A stretch of 64,000 nucleotides of DNA, from positions 64,001-128,000 of the forward strand of contig CBDFJQ010000002.1 of assembly GCA_965248575.1 (NCBI GenBank), written 5' to 3'. Every line of letters starts with the position of its first letter. The first letter of the stretch is position 1. Below the pieces are notes generated by a model. The model saw only the letters and a program-made list of their open reading frames with translations, was not told the DNA's origin and searched no databases. Shown piece by piece: positions 1-11,313 of the stretch. The DNA comes from Planctomycetota bacterium. Its GTDB lineage: Bacteria; Planctomycetota; B15-G4. The position numbers and the translations under genes were made by a program.

Positions 1-958
1 TGAGCTGCTTGACCGCTTCGATGAGCTTGGGCACCACTTCGAACGCGTCGCCCACGATTCCGTAGTCCGCCACCTTGAAGATGGGGGCCTCGGAGTCCTT
101 GTTGATGGCGACGATGAAGTTGCTGGTGCGCATGCCGGCGAGGTGCTGGATGGCACCGGAGATGGCGATGGCGATGTAGAGCTGAGGGGAGACCGTCTTG
201 CCCGTCTGGCCAACCTGCTCGGTGTGCGGGCGCCAGCCGGCGTCCACCACGGCGCGCGACGCGCCCACGGCACCACCCAGGGCGGCGGCGAGGTCTTCCA
301 CCAGCTTGAAGTTCTGGGCTTCCTTCAGGCCGCGACCGCCGGAGACGACGATGGGCGCTTCCGTCAGTTCGAGCTTCTCGCTAGCTGCTGCGACGACTTC
401 GGACAGCAGGGCGCCCAGGCAGGTGCTCGGGGCAGCCACTTCGGCCGCGGAGACTTCACCGGCAGCGGTGGCTTCGGCGGCGGACACGGCGTTGGGTCGC
501 AGGGAGGCCAGCAGGGTGCCCGAAGTGTTGACGTTCACCAGGGCCTTGCCAGCGAAGACGGGCCGGCGGGCAACGAGGGCTCCACCATCCGCGGACACGC
601 TGATGCAGTCGGAGGCGAGGGGCAGGTCCATCAGGGCTGCCACACGAGGGGCGACGTCCTTTCCACGGTTCGAGTGGGAGAACAACAGCAGGGCCGGGGA
701 CTCGCCGGCGGCGACGCCGGCGATGGCGGCGGACCAGGCAGTGGCGTCGGCCATGTCGACGTCGAGCGTGAGCACACGGGCTGCCCCGTGCTGGCCGCAG
801 GCCGCGGCCACGTCGGCAGCACCGTCGCCGGCCACAAGGGCCACCACGCTGCAGCCGAGGCTGGCGGCGAGACCTGTCGCACAGGTGAGAGCTTCGAGGG
901 AGGGGCGCTTGACGGCGCCAGCCTGGTGTTCGGCAACGACGAGGATGTCACCAGCCAC
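1..958 (-). CDS. etfA: Electron transfer flavoprotein alpha subunit (3' end runs off window)
   Basis: Minus-strand frame from GTG 958 with AGGAG RBS upstream; encodes [38 protein letters not shown] and [14 protein letters not shown] motifs; follows etfB. Confidence 0.93.
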   Translation of the reverse strand, partial: MAGDILVVAEHQAGAVKRPSLEALTCATGLAASLGCSVVALVAGDGAADVAAACGQHGAARVLTLDVDMADATAWSAAIAGVAAGESPALLLFSHSNRGKDVAPRVAALMDLPLASDCISVSADGGALVARRPVFAGKALVNVNTSGTLLASLRPNAVSAAEATAAGEVSAAEVAAPSTCLGALLSEVVAAASEKLELTEAPIVVSGGRGLKEAQNFKLVEDLAAALGGAVGASRAVVDAGWRPHTEQVGQTGKTVSPQLYIAIAISGAIQHLAGMRTSNFIVAINKDSEAPIFKVADYGIVGDAFEVVPKLIEAVKQL

Positions 959-1067
959 GGGGGTACTCCTGTTGTGTCGGGGTCGCGCGCGGGGCGCCGG
1001 CCCTGGAAAGGGTGCAGGGGTGGGAATGCGGTCTTGCGGGGGCGCTGCCGAGGCGGCGCTTCGTGCT

Positions 1068-1826
1068 TCAGAGGATCTTGGCTTCTTCGCGCAGCAGGCG
1101 CATGAGTTCGCCCACGGCTTCAGGGCCTTCGCCGATGATGCGGCCTTCGCGACGCTCAGGCGGCAGCTCCATGCTCTTGATCACCAGCGCCGCTTCGCCG
1201 AGCACGGCGTCGCGTTCGTCGATGGGCTTCTTCTTGGCGGCCATGATGCCCTTGAGGCCGGCGTAGCGCGGCTCGTTGAGGCCCTTGGTCGCGGTCAGCA
1301 CGGCGGGCAGCTGGACGGTCCAGGTCTCGGTGGTGCCGGCGTCGCCCGCCCGCTCAACGGTGGCCGTGCCATCAGCGATGCTCAGCTTCTTGATCTCGGT
1401 CACGCAGGGGAAGCCCAGCTTGCCGGCGATCAGCGTGCCCACCTGACCCTGGTCGCGGTCGGCGGCCAACTTGCCGCACAGCACCAGGTCGGGGCTCAGC
1501 TCTGCGATGACCGCTGCCAGGCTGGCGGCGGTGGTGTGCGCGTCGCGGGTGCCGGCATCGGCATCCTTCAGCAGCACGGCCTTGTCGCAACCCATGGCGA
1601 GGCAGGTGCGCAGCTCCTTCGTGGTCTCGGCAGGGCCCATGGAGATCACCGTGACCTCGCCCGCGCCAGCCGCTTCCTTCATCTGCAGCGCGGCCTCGAC
1701 GGCAAACTCGTCGTAGGGGCTGATGATGGACTCGATCTGGGTGTTGTCGATGGAGGTGCCGTCGGCGCCCATCTTGATGCGCGTGTCGGTGGCCGGAACG
1801 CGCTTGATGCAGACCACGATGTTCAT
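1068..1826 (-). CDS. etfB: Electron transfer flavoprotein beta subunit
   Basis: MNIVVCIKRVP start, PYDEFAVEAAL, LAMGCD, DLVLCGKLAADRDQGQVG, NEPRY...IMAAKKKPI. Confidence 0.95.
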   Translation of the reverse strand: MNIVVCIKRVPATDTRIKMGADGTSIDNTQIESIISPYDEFAVEAALQMKEAAGAGEVTVISMGPAETTKELRTCLAMGCDKAVLLKDADAGTRDAHTTAASLAAVIAELSPDLVLCGKLAADRDQGQVGTLIAGKLGFPCVTEIKKLSIADGTATVERAGDAGTTETWTVQLPAVLTATKGLNEPRYAGLKGIMAAKKKPIDERDAVLGEAALVIKSMELPPERREGRIIGEGPEAVGELMRLLREEAKIL

Positions 1827-1921
1827 GGCGAATGGCTCAGTGCGGAAGGTGTTTCTGGCCGCGGAGCGGGGGCCGCCGGTGGCGGTGAATCCCTTTCTCT
1901 ACGGGTCGAGAACGACCGGGC

Positions 1922-1950
1922 ACTGTCGCCAATCAGGCGGGGCGAGTCAA
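1922..1950 (-). promoter_or_regulatory. Candidate sigma-70-type promoter for etfBA
   Basis: Minus strand TTGACT-N17-GACAGT about 95 bp upstream of etfB ATG. Confidence 0.3.
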
Positions 1951-1963
1951 CGCGTGTGGGGGC

Positions 1964-3043
1964 TCAGGCCGCCCCGGAGGGCAGGGCGATGGGGGCCCCC
2001 TGGATGGCCTCCAGGAAGACCTCCACGAACTGCTCGGGGATCCGTACCCCCGCCTCGCCCCGCAGGCAGGCTACGGCTTTCTCCAGGGGCATGGGGTCGC
2101 GGTAGGGGCGGCGGGCGGTGATGGCTTCCCAGTAGTCGGCGACCTTCACGACCCAGGCCTCCTCGGGGACCTGGTCACCTGGGAGGGCGTCGGGGTAGCC
2201 GCGCCCGTCCAGGCTCTCGTGGTGCCAGCGGATCATGGGGCGCAGCTGGGCCATGGCCTTGATGGGGGCGATGAGGTCGTCCCCGGTGGCCGGGTGCTCC
2301 TTGATGATGGCGTACTCCTCCCGGGTGAGAGGCCCGGGCTTGTCCAGGATCGCATCCGGCGTGCCGATCTTGCCGATGTCGTGCAGCCTGCCTCCCAAGC
2401 CGACGAGTTCGACCCGGGTGGAGTCGTAACCCAGGGCCTCGCCGAACACGCGGCAAAGCCCCGAGACCCGTGCGCCATGCAGGGCGGTGAAGCGGCTCTT
2501 GGCATCGACGACGGAAGCCATGGAAACCAGGAACTGCTGCAGGTTCTCCTCCTCCGCTTGCTGACGCGTCTCGAGGGCATCCAGGAGCGACGCGCGTTCG
2601 GAGGCCCGCACGTGGTTCACCACGCGCTGCACTGCGGCGCGCACCACGGCCAGCTCGAAGGGCTTGCAGAGGTAGTCGTAGGCACCTTGTTGAAGGGCTT
2701 CGACGGCCGTGCCGAGCTCGCTGTTGGCGGTCATCATCATCACGGGCAGGTTCGGCCGTGCCTGGCGCAGCTCGCCCAAGAGGTCGAGGCCCCGCTCGCC
2801 GTTGGCGAGGGTGATGTCCGTGAGCACCAAGAAGATGTCGCGGGAGTTCAGGGCATCCCGGGCTTCACCGAGGGTTGCCACGCTGCAGACGTCATGGCCG
2901 TCGAGCTGCAGGCAGCGCGACACGGTCTCGCGCACGCCAGGGTCGTCGTCGAGAACGAGGATCGCGGAGCGCTCGAGGGGCTGCCACTGCTGTGTGGGCG
3001 CGCGGAGACCGGGCTGCGCGCCGACGTCGGTCGGATCCGTCAT
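1964..3043 (-). CDS. Response regulator with REC and HD-GYP domains (RpfG-like putative cyclic-dinucleotide phosphodiesterase)
   Basis: ILVLDDD...LTDI...GAYDYLCKPF receiver; HDIGK and HHESLDGRGYP motifs. Confidence 0.9.
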   Translation of the reverse strand: MTDPTDVGAQPGLRAPTQQWQPLERSAILVLDDDPGVRETVSRCLQLDGHDVCSVATLGEARDALNSRDIFLVLTDITLANGERGLDLLGELRQARPNLPVMMMTANSELGTAVEALQQGAYDYLCKPFELAVVRAAVQRVVNHVRASERASLLDALETRQQAEEENLQQFLVSMASVVDAKSRFTALHGARVSGLCRVFGEALGYDSTRVELVGLGGRLHDIGKIGTPDAILDKPGPLTREEYAIIKEHPATGDDLIAPIKAMAQLRPMIRWHHESLDGRGYPDALPGDQVPEEAWVVKVADYWEAITARRPYRDPMPLEKAVACLRGEAGVRIPEQFVEVFLEAIQGAPIALPSGAA

Positions 3044-3112
3044 GGATCTGAAACCCTCCCTGGGATGAACGGCCCGCCACAGGCCAAACCCCTAGTCTGC
3101 CAATCTGGAGGC

Positions 3113-4362
<1,250 letters not shown>

Positions 4363-4366
<4 letters not shown>

Positions 4367-5778
4367 CGGATGAGCTTCCATCTGAACGGATTGAAGATCG
4401 GCCAGAACACCACGCCGGCCTTGCCGAGCATGTATCGTTCGTGAATGTAGGGGGCGTACTCGACGCTTTCCCGCTCCACGTCTCCCGGGCGGAACACGAT
4501 GCTGTCGCCATGCACATCAGCGAAGCGCCACGTGCCGTCCCGTAGGTGGAAGGGGTTGGAGTCCGGCGCGCCGGGGGAGGCAAAGTCGAAGCCCGTGCTC
4601 GAGCGCCCGTCCTTGAGCTCATAGGTCTTCGTCTGCCAGGCGCGGCTGTCGAGGCTGTACTGCGTGTTGTCGCCCATGCCGAAGTAGGAGTCGTCGGGGA
4701 TCTCCCAGCGACCCGGGCCTCGGGGCAGTGAACTGCGGGTTTCGGTGGACGGCAGGTAGAAGATGTCGCGGCGCACGCTCAGATCCGAGACCTGGCCACC
4801 GCCTTGCAGCTCGAGTGAGAGGCGGGCTCGGCGCGGGCGTGCGGAGTGGGGGCCACCGGGGTCGTCGTAGCGCAGCCACTCTTCGCCGTCCACTTCCAGC
4901 AGCAGGCGGTGGTCGACCACCCGGGCGAGGATCTCGAGCTCTTCGTCGGCTGGCAAACTCCGCTCGCCGTCGATGGGGATGCGCAGCGGAGCGTCCTCCG
5001 TGGGCAGCAGGGCATGCGCCGTTTCTCCGGAACCCGTGCGAGGCAGCACGAAGACCGTCTCGCCGTCGTCGGATTCGAACAGGATCCGCAGGGCGTCGGC
5101 ACCCGGGTCCAGGCGCGCGGTGAGGCGCAGGTCCAGGTCCGGCACCGAGTAGTTGCCGCTGGGCATGGGCTGCATGCCCCACTCAGGGTCGTAGCCGTGC
5201 GCGTAGTCGTCCACCACATGCCGCCGCAAGATCAGCCGCGGCGAACCGGCGTTGGGGAAGATGGCCGCATGGTCCTGCACTTCGATGGAACCCTGCGCCG
5301 TGAACCAACGCCCGACGTCCATGGGACCGTCGCTGTCCGCGATGTGCTTGAGCACCGATTCATTCACGTGGTCCGGTTTGCGCGCGATGGCTCCATCGAT
5401 CCAGATGTCGCCGCCCAGCACTTCGAGCGTCTCCCCCGGCAGGCCCACGATGCGCTTGACGTACAGCCGGCGTTCGTCCAGCGGGAAGCGGAAGATCATC
5501 ACCTCCCAGCGTTTTGGGGGGCGCAGCATGGTGATGAGCTTGTCAGCCAGCACGCGATCCTTGATGCCGGAGCGGGCATCGCCAAGGATCGTCGGCTGCA
5601 TGGAGCCGGTGGGGATCTGGTAGGCCTCGATGATGAAGAACTTCAACACGAGAGCCATGGCGATGGAGATGGCCACGGCTTCGATGTTCTCGCTGATGCG
5701 CAGGTCGAGAGGGCGTGGGCTGGAGATGGCTGAGCTCGCTCGGGCGCGTTGAGATCGGAATCGGGTGGGCAGGGCCAC
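4363..5778 (-). CDS. lepB: Signal peptidase I with large internal insertion
   Basis: N-terminal [11 protein letters not shown] (Ser), [11 protein letters not shown] (Lys), YFGMGDN...[14 protein letters not shown]. Confidence 0.9.
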
Positions 5779-5921
5779 GATACGGGGCCCTTGGGGGGAT
5801 TGCGAGCCGGCGCAGGACAGGGTGCAGGCCAGCTGGGCTCCAGTCTGACGCGCACCTTGCCGAAGCGGGTGATGGCGCCGCTGTGGAGCCTGAGATTGCT
5901 GGACGCCCTGGAGAGCATGCC

Positions 5922-6398
5922 GTGGCCTACACCCTGAGCCTTCTGGTCTTCATGCTGCTGTTGGCTGGAGCCTTCGGCTTTCACGCCACGCTGAAGCCTG
6001 TGCCTGGCCCCTTGATGAGCGAGGGCAACTGGGTGAGCCTGGAGATCCCGGAGCTCGAAGGATGCTGGACGGTGCTCAGTTTCTTCGTGAGCGAGCGCGC
6101 GGCGTGTCACGATGACGTGCCCGGACTGAACGCCCTGCATCGCAAATTCGCGGAGCGGGAACTCGGGCAGCAGCAGCTGGTGGTCGTGGGTGTGACGCTG
6201 GAGTCACGGCTCGAGGCACGCGCATTCGTCAAGCAGCACGAGCTGGCGTACCCCGTGCTGGCGGACGCCCGCGTGCAGTTCGAACTCTATGGAGTCGAGA
6301 CCGTGCCGGACACCTTCCTGGTGGACCCCGATGGGGCCATCGTGGCACGAGGTCTCTCGGACATAGCCGCCGCCCTTGAGCGGACGTTCACTCGGTAG
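5922..6398 (+). CDS. Membrane-anchored redoxin (TlpA/AhpC-TSA fold) with degenerate active site
   Basis: GTG 5922 after GGAG; N-terminal hydrophobic helix; FFVSERAAC at CxxC position; YGVETVPDTFLVDPDG cis-Pro loop. Confidence 0.7.
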   Translation: MAYTLSLLVFMLLLAGAFGFHATLKPVPGPLMSEGNWVSLEIPELEGCWTVLSFFVSERAACHDDVPGLNALHRKFAERELGQQQLVVVGVTLESRLEARAFVKQHELAYPVLADARVQFELYGVETVPDTFLVDPDGAIVARGLSDIAAALERTFTR

Positions 6399-7329
6399 CA
6401 GGCTTGGGCTTGGGGCGACGCAGGGCGCCCAGCACACCACCGACCACGATCAGGGCGGAGGCGTAGCCCAAGGTCGTGACCCGCTCGCCTTCGATCCAGG
6501 TCACGTCCAGGGCAGTGAGCACGGCCATCGTCGCCAAGGTGATGAGCGGGTTGAGCACGATGATCAGGCTCACGTCCGCTGCGGGCAGATGCTTGAGGGC
6601 TTCACCCAGAGCGCCATAGGCCAGCAAGGTGTTGGCTGCGAGGAATGCCATCAGCACCCATTGCCAGGTGGTGAGCGGTGCGAAGGTCTCGAACTCCACC
6701 CAGGGCAGCAGCACGAGGCTTGGCAGGAGATAGAGGATCAGGTTGAGGTCCTGGGGCGACACGCCCCGCGCCACCACCGCCTTCTGCAGCGCGGCATAGG
6801 CAGCCCAGGAGAAGGCGGCAACGAGGATGAAGGTGTTGCCGCGCACGTGCGCGCCCGTGCTGGCCGCATCGCCCACCAGGTTGCGCAGCTGCTCCGAGAA
6901 GAAGAGCCCCATGCCGATCAGGGCCACGACGATGAACAGCAGTTGTCGGCGCGTCAGCCGCTCGTGGAAGACCACGATCCCGAGCCCCGCGAAAAGGAGC
7001 GGGGCGAGCTGGATCAGGACCTGGGCGTTGCTCGGCGTGGTGAGATCCACGCCCAGCAGGTACGCCACGTAGTTGCCGGTGAGTCCGATCGCCGCGAGGA
7101 TCCCCAGGACGGGGGGGCGGCGCAGGATGCCAAGGCGCTCCGGCTTTCGCAGGCCGACCACCGCCGCCAGGACCAGGAAGGCGACCACGAAGCGGAACCA
7201 GACGATGCTGACGGCCGGCACCCACTCCAGCGCGACCTTCAGGGCGATGCCCAAGAAGCCCCACAGCAGCGAGGTGGAGGCGGCCATCATGAGGCCGAAG
7301 CGGCGGTTGGCGTCCTCGGGTACGGCCAC
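6388..7329 (-). CDS. EamA/DMT family transporter
   Basis: About 10 hydrophobic segments in two repeats; LLWG...WFRF, IQLAP...FHERL. Confidence 0.85.
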   Translation of the reverse strand: MAVPEDANRRFGLMMAASTSLLWGFLGIALKVALEWVPAVSIVWFRFVVAFLVLAAVVGLRKPERLGILRRPPVLGILAAIGLTGNYVAYLLGVDLTTPSNAQVLIQLAPLLFAGLGIVVFHERLTRRQLLFIVVALIGMGLFFSEQLRNLVGDAASTGAHVRGNTFILVAAFSWAAYAALQKAVVARGVSPQDLNLILYLLPSLVLLPWVEFETFAPLTTWQWVLMAFLAANTLLAYGALGEALKHLPAADVSLIIVLNPLITLATMAVLTALDVTWIEGERVTTLGYASALIVVGGVLGALRRPKPKPATE

Positions 7330-7577
7330 TCGGCGAGGCTCGCGGGGGATCGGGGGGAGGGGATGAAGCGGGCGAAAGGGAGGCCGCGAGAGCGGCGGGC
7401 CCTGGTGTACCGCGCAGGAAGCCGGGATACTCGGCCCATCCCCGAACCCGGCGGCCCGCCACCCATCACCCCGAGCTGGGAGTCAGACCAACGCTTCCCG
7501 CATCACGCCTCTATGGATGGTCGGCCTTCAGCCTGATCCTCGCCCTCGCCGCCCTGCTCGCGTGGCGCTTCCCGGGC

Positions 7578-7889
7578 ATGGCGGCACTCACAGCCTGGCT
7601 GATCCCGGCCAACGTCGTGGCCTTCGCCGTGTTCTGTCTGGACAAGGCCCTGGCTCGGGCCCAGAAGCTGCGGGTGCCCGAGGCCGTGCTCTTCGCCCTG
7701 GCCCTGGCGGGCGGCGCCTTGGGTGCGCTGCTGGGCATGCTGGTCGCGCGCCACAAAACCGCCAAGCGCTCCTTCCAGTGGACGCTGGGTGTGTTGCTTT
7801 TCCTGGAGGCGGCCCTGCTCATCGTCTGGCTGATGGGGGGCCTGGAGGGCTTGGGGCTGTCGTCGCCCTGGGGCGCGCAGGGGGAGTAG
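7578..7889 (+). CDS. DUF1294 family small membrane protein
   Basis: NVVAFAVFCLDKALA...RVPEAVL...GGALGALLGMLVARHKTAKRSF. Confidence 0.85.
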   Translation: MAALTAWLIPANVVAFAVFCLDKALARAQKLRVPEAVLFALALAGGALGALLGMLVARHKTAKRSFQWTLGVLLFLEAALLIVWLMGGLEGLGLSSPWGAQGE

Positions 7890-7927
7890 GGCCAGGGGCC
7901 GAGAGCCGGCGCTGAGAAAAACGTCGA

Positions 7928-8087
7928 TTCTCCCTGCAACGCCGGTGCCTGGCAGACGCTTCGGTGAGTTAGCGGGACGCGCTGCGTGCGTCGGGCAGTT
8001 TGGGCAAGAGCCCCTCCACTCGGGGGCCCTTGCCCAAACTGCTCGGCGCGCTTCGGCCCGCTGAACCAGAAACCTCGGCACAGGGAA
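7928..8087 (+). ncRNA. Candidate structured RNA (long rod-like hairpin; 6S-like architecture possible)
   Basis: Perfect 14-bp stem GCAGTTTGGGCAAG/CTTGCCCAAACTGC extended by further helices (TTAGCGGG/CCCGCTGA, GCCG/CGGC, TCCCTG/CAGGGA); several G-U pairs valid only on + strand; intergenic. Confidence 0.4.
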
Positions 8088-8259
8088 CTGTCGGCGTGGC
8101 CAAGCGGGTCGGATCGACGACCCCCGGCGCGCTGCCCAGCGCCCTGAGGTTTGGCGGCCCGGTGCGTTCGGAGAGTGCGCGCCGGGCTGCCCTTTCTCAG
8201 GCAGTCGCGTGGAGGAGTGGGCCGGGCTCAGGCACCCGGGCGATGGGCGGCGAGGCGCC

Positions 8260-8871
8260 CTAGCGCAGCACCTCGATCAGCGAGCTGTCGACGGAGTCAC
8301 TCTCGCCCTTGAGCTTGAGCTTCACCTTGGTGGGTGCGTTGGCGACGCCCTCACCGGTCGAGGTGCCCACGAAGCTCATTGAGGCTTTCACCTTGCCGAC
8401 GGTCATGCCGGTCTTCTTCTTGCTGGCGAGCTTGACGGTCAGCTTGGACTTCTCGGGCACATAGGCCAGCTCGATGTTGATGTTGAAGCCCTTGGAAGCG
8501 AGGTCGCCCTCCAGATCAGCCTCTTCGAGGTTGGCCAACTTGGTGCCCGACAGGGCGTCCAGGCTGAGCAGGGCCTTACGCGACCGGCGGTTCTTGCGCG
8601 AATAGGTTCCGGTGAGCAGCTCGCCGGCCACGGCGATGCTGAAGTTGCCGCTGGTGGGTTCATCCCCCGTCTCGCTGCCGAGGGTCAGCTGGGCGCTGTC
8701 GATGCTGGTGGACTTGGCTTTGCCGAGCTTCTTGGCCTTGCCCTTGGAGTTGAAAGCCAACGACGGGAAGCTCCAACCGCTGTTGGAAGGGTCGAGGTCA
8801 GGCTTGGCGGCCACGAGCAGGAGGCCCAGGGCCAGCACGACGGCGAGTGTGCGTGAGCTGCGGGAAAGCAT
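8260..8871 (-). CDS. Hypothetical exported Lys-rich protein
   Basis: ATG 8871 after AAGGAG; signal-peptide-like N-terminus; beta-strand-like pattern; directly downstream of lepA. Confidence 0.7.
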   Translation of the reverse strand: MLSRSSRTLAVVLALGLLLVAAKPDLDPSNSGWSFPSLAFNSKGKAKKLGKAKSTSIDSAQLTLGSETGDEPTSGNFSIAVAGELLTGTYSRKNRRSRKALLSLDALSGTKLANLEEADLEGDLASKGFNINIELAYVPEKSKLTVKLASKKKTGMTVGKVKASMSFVGTSTGEGVANAPTKVKLKLKGESDSVDSSLIEVLR

Positions 8872-8905
8872 GGTCGTCGCTCCTTGGTGTCGAGGGGAGG
8901 CTTCC

Positions 8906-10702
8906 TCAGTCGTTGGACGAAAGGACGGCGAGGAACGCCTTTTGGGGGATCTCGACATTGCCCACCATCTTGAGGCGCTTCTTGCCGGCCTTCTGCTTCT
9001 CGAGCAACTTGCGCTTACGGCTGATGTCACCGCCGTAGCACTTGGCAGTGACATCCTTGCGAACGGGTGCGATGTCCTCTCGCGCGACGATCTTGCCGCC
9101 CACCGCCGCCTGCAGTGCGACCTTGAACAGGTGGCGCCGGATCTCCTTGCGCAGGACCTTCAGGATGGCTCGACCGCGCGCCTCGCAGTGGCTCTTGTGC
9201 GCGATGGTGGACAGAGCATCGACTTCCTCGCTGTTGACCAGGATGCGCATCTTCACCAGGTCGTCGGCGGCGAAGCAATCCAGCTCGTAGTCCATGGTGG
9301 CGTAACCGCGGGTCACGCTCTTCAGCTTGTCGAAGAAGTCGAAGATGATCTCGGACAACGGGATGCGAAAGCCGATCAGCACGCGCCCCGGGCCGATGTA
9401 TTCCTGTTTCAGGAAGCGGCCACGGCGGTCGATGCCCAGCTTCATGATGGCCCCGACGTGGATGTCGGGCGTCACGATGTTGAGTTTGACCACGGGTTCG
9501 CGAAACTCTTCGATGCGCGTGGGGTCCGGGATCTCGCTCGGGCTGTGGATCTGCAGCAGCTCACCATCCACGGTGACGATCTCGTAGGTGACGTTGGGAG
9601 CCGTCTGCACGATGTCGATGCCGCTCTCGCGCTCCAGGCGTTCCTGCACGATCTCCATGTGCAGCAGGCCGAGGAAACCGCAACGGAAACCGAAGCCCAG
9701 GGCGTCGCTGCTTTCCGGGCTGTAGGTGAAGGCCGAGTCGTTGAGTTGCAGGCGCGAGAGGGCGGTGCGCAGGTTGTCGAAGTCGCCGTTCTGGACCGGG
9801 AAGATGCCGCAGTAGACCATGCTGCGCGCAGGGCTATACCCAGGCAGGGGCTCGCTGGTCTTGTCCTTCTCGAGCACCAGGGTGTCGCCCACGCGCACGT
9901 CCGAGAGGGTCTTGATGTTGGCGATGAGGTAGCCCACCTCGCCGGTGCCCAAGCGCTTGACGGGCTGCAGCGCAGGTCGGAACACGCCGATCTCGAGCGC
10001 CTCGTGCTTGGTGTCGCCCTGGTGCATGCGAATCCGGTCGCCGGCGGTGATGGACCCGTCCACCACCCGGATGTGCATGATCACGCCGCGGTAGTCATTG
10101 AACTCTGCGTCGTAGATCAGGGCGCGCAGCGGCGCGCCCTCGTCACCGACTGGTGGCGGCACCTGGTCGACGATCTCGTCGAGAAGTTCCTTGACGCCGG
10201 CACCGGTCTTGGCGCTCACGAGCACCGCGCGCTCACCCTCGATGGCCAAGGCGGTCTCGATCTCTTCGATGACTTCGTCCACGCGCGCCGTGGGCAGGTC
10301 GATCTTGTTGATGACCGGGAAGATCATCAGCTCGGCTTGCTCGGCCAGGATCGTGTTGTGCACGGTCTGGGCTTCGACGCCTTGGCTGGCATCGACCAGG
10401 AGCAGCGCCCCTTCGCAGGCGGCCATGGCACGCTCGACCTCGTAGTTGAAGTCCACGTGGCCTGGCGTGTCGATCAGGTTGAGTCGGTAGGTCTTGCCGT
10501 CCTTGATGTAGTCCATGGACGCGGCCTTGGCCTTGATGGTGATGCCTCGCTCGCGCTCGAGGTCCATGTCGTCGAGCTGCTGCTTTTTCTGGTCCCGGAC
10601 GGCGACCGTCTTGGTGATCTCCAGGAAGCGGTCGGCCAGGGTGCTCTTGCCGTGGTCGATGTGCGCGATGATGGAGAAGTTGCGGATCAGTTCGCGCTTC
10701 AT
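8906..10702 (-). CDS. lepA: Translation elongation factor 4
   Basis: IRNFSIIAHIDHGKSTLADR, LERERGITIK, DTPGHVDF, GFRCGFLGLLHMEI, KCYGGDISRKRKLLEKQK. Confidence 0.98.
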   Translation of the reverse strand: MKRELIRNFSIIAHIDHGKSTLADRFLEITKTVAVRDQKKQQLDDMDLERERGITIKAKAASMDYIKDGKTYRLNLIDTPGHVDFNYEVERAMAACEGALLLVDASQGVEAQTVHNTILAEQAELMIFPVINKIDLPTARVDEVIEEIETALAIEGERAVLVSAKTGAGVKELLDEIVDQVPPPVGDEGAPLRALIYDAEFNDYRGVIMHIRVVDGSITAGDRIRMHQGDTKHEALEIGVFRPALQPVKRLGTGEVGYLIANIKTLSDVRVGDTLVLEKDKTSEPLPGYSPARSMVYCGIFPVQNGDFDNLRTALSRLQLNDSAFTYSPESSDALGFGFRCGFLGLLHMEIVQERLERESGIDIVQTAPNVTYEIVTVDGELLQIHSPSEIPDPTRIEEFREPVVKLNIVTPDIHVGAIMKLGIDRRGRFLKQEYIGPGRVLIGFRIPLSEIIFDFFDKLKSVTRGYATMDYELDCFAADDLVKMRILVNSEEVDALSTIAHKSHCEARGRAILKVLRKEIRRHLFKVALQAAVGGKIVAREDIAPVRKDVTAKCYGGDISRKRKLLEKQKAGKKRLKMVGNVEIPQKAFLAVLSSND

Positions 10703-11313
10703 GACGCGGCTCCATCGTGGCGCGCCGCCAAGGCAGCTTGCATCTGCGCCAGGGCGAGGGCCCGGTGGGAGATCTGCTGCTTCATGCCCGGGGGCAGTTC
10801 GGCAAAGGGGCGGCCCTCTGCGCGCTCATCGTCGGGGACGAAGAGCGGGTCATAGCCGAAGCCGCCTGCGCCGCTCGGAACCCTGAGCAGCTGGCCTTCG
10901 CAACGGCCTTCCACTTCGAGGTCCAGGCTGCCGTCGGGCTGGGCGATGCAGAGCGCGCAGGCGAACCACGCCCGGCGGTCGTCCACCGCCTCCATCTGGG
11001 ACAGCAGGTGGGCGTTGTTCTGGGCGTCCGTGGCGTGTTCGCCCGCAAAGCGCGCGGAGCGGATGCCGGGGGCGCCCTGCAAGGCTGCGAGGCAGAGCCC
11101 CGAATCGTCGGCCAGGGCGGGCAGCCCGGTGGCGGACGCATAGTGTCGTGCCTTGAGGCGTGCATTGGCGCCAAAGCTGTCGCCATCCTCGACGGCCTCG
11201 GGCACGTCGGGGTAGGCGTCGAGGCCCAGCGCCTCGAAGCCGAGCGCGCCCAGCAGTGGCTTCAGCTCGGCGAGCTTGCCCTTGTTCGTCGTGGCGACGA
11301 GCAGCTGGCTCAC
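10699..11313 (-). CDS. rdgB: Non-canonical purine NTP pyrophosphatase (HAM1 family)
   Basis: ATTNKGK, ADDSGL, GAPGIRSARFAG, GFGYDPLF, KQQISHR; GTG overlaps rph stop. Confidence 0.93.
   Translation of the reverse strand: MSQLLVATTNKGKLAELKPLLGALGFEALGLDAYPDVPEAVEDGDSFGANARLKARHYASATGLPALADDSGLCLAALQGAPGIRSARFAGEHATDAQNNAHLLSQMEAVDDRRAWFACALCIAQPDGSLDLEVEGRCEGQLLRVPSGAGGFGYDPLFVPDDERAEGRPFAELPPGMKQQISHRALALAQMQAALAARHDGAAS

Noticed and set aside
7908..8087. TPP riboswitch or SRP RNA interpretation of the hairpin
   Set aside because: GCTGAGA is present but the CCTGA...TAATGC core is not; no SRP GGAA loop with CAGG/AGCA motif; not upstream of a co-directional gene
8612..10855. 747-aa + strand ORF
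   Set aside because: Antisense shadow of lepA
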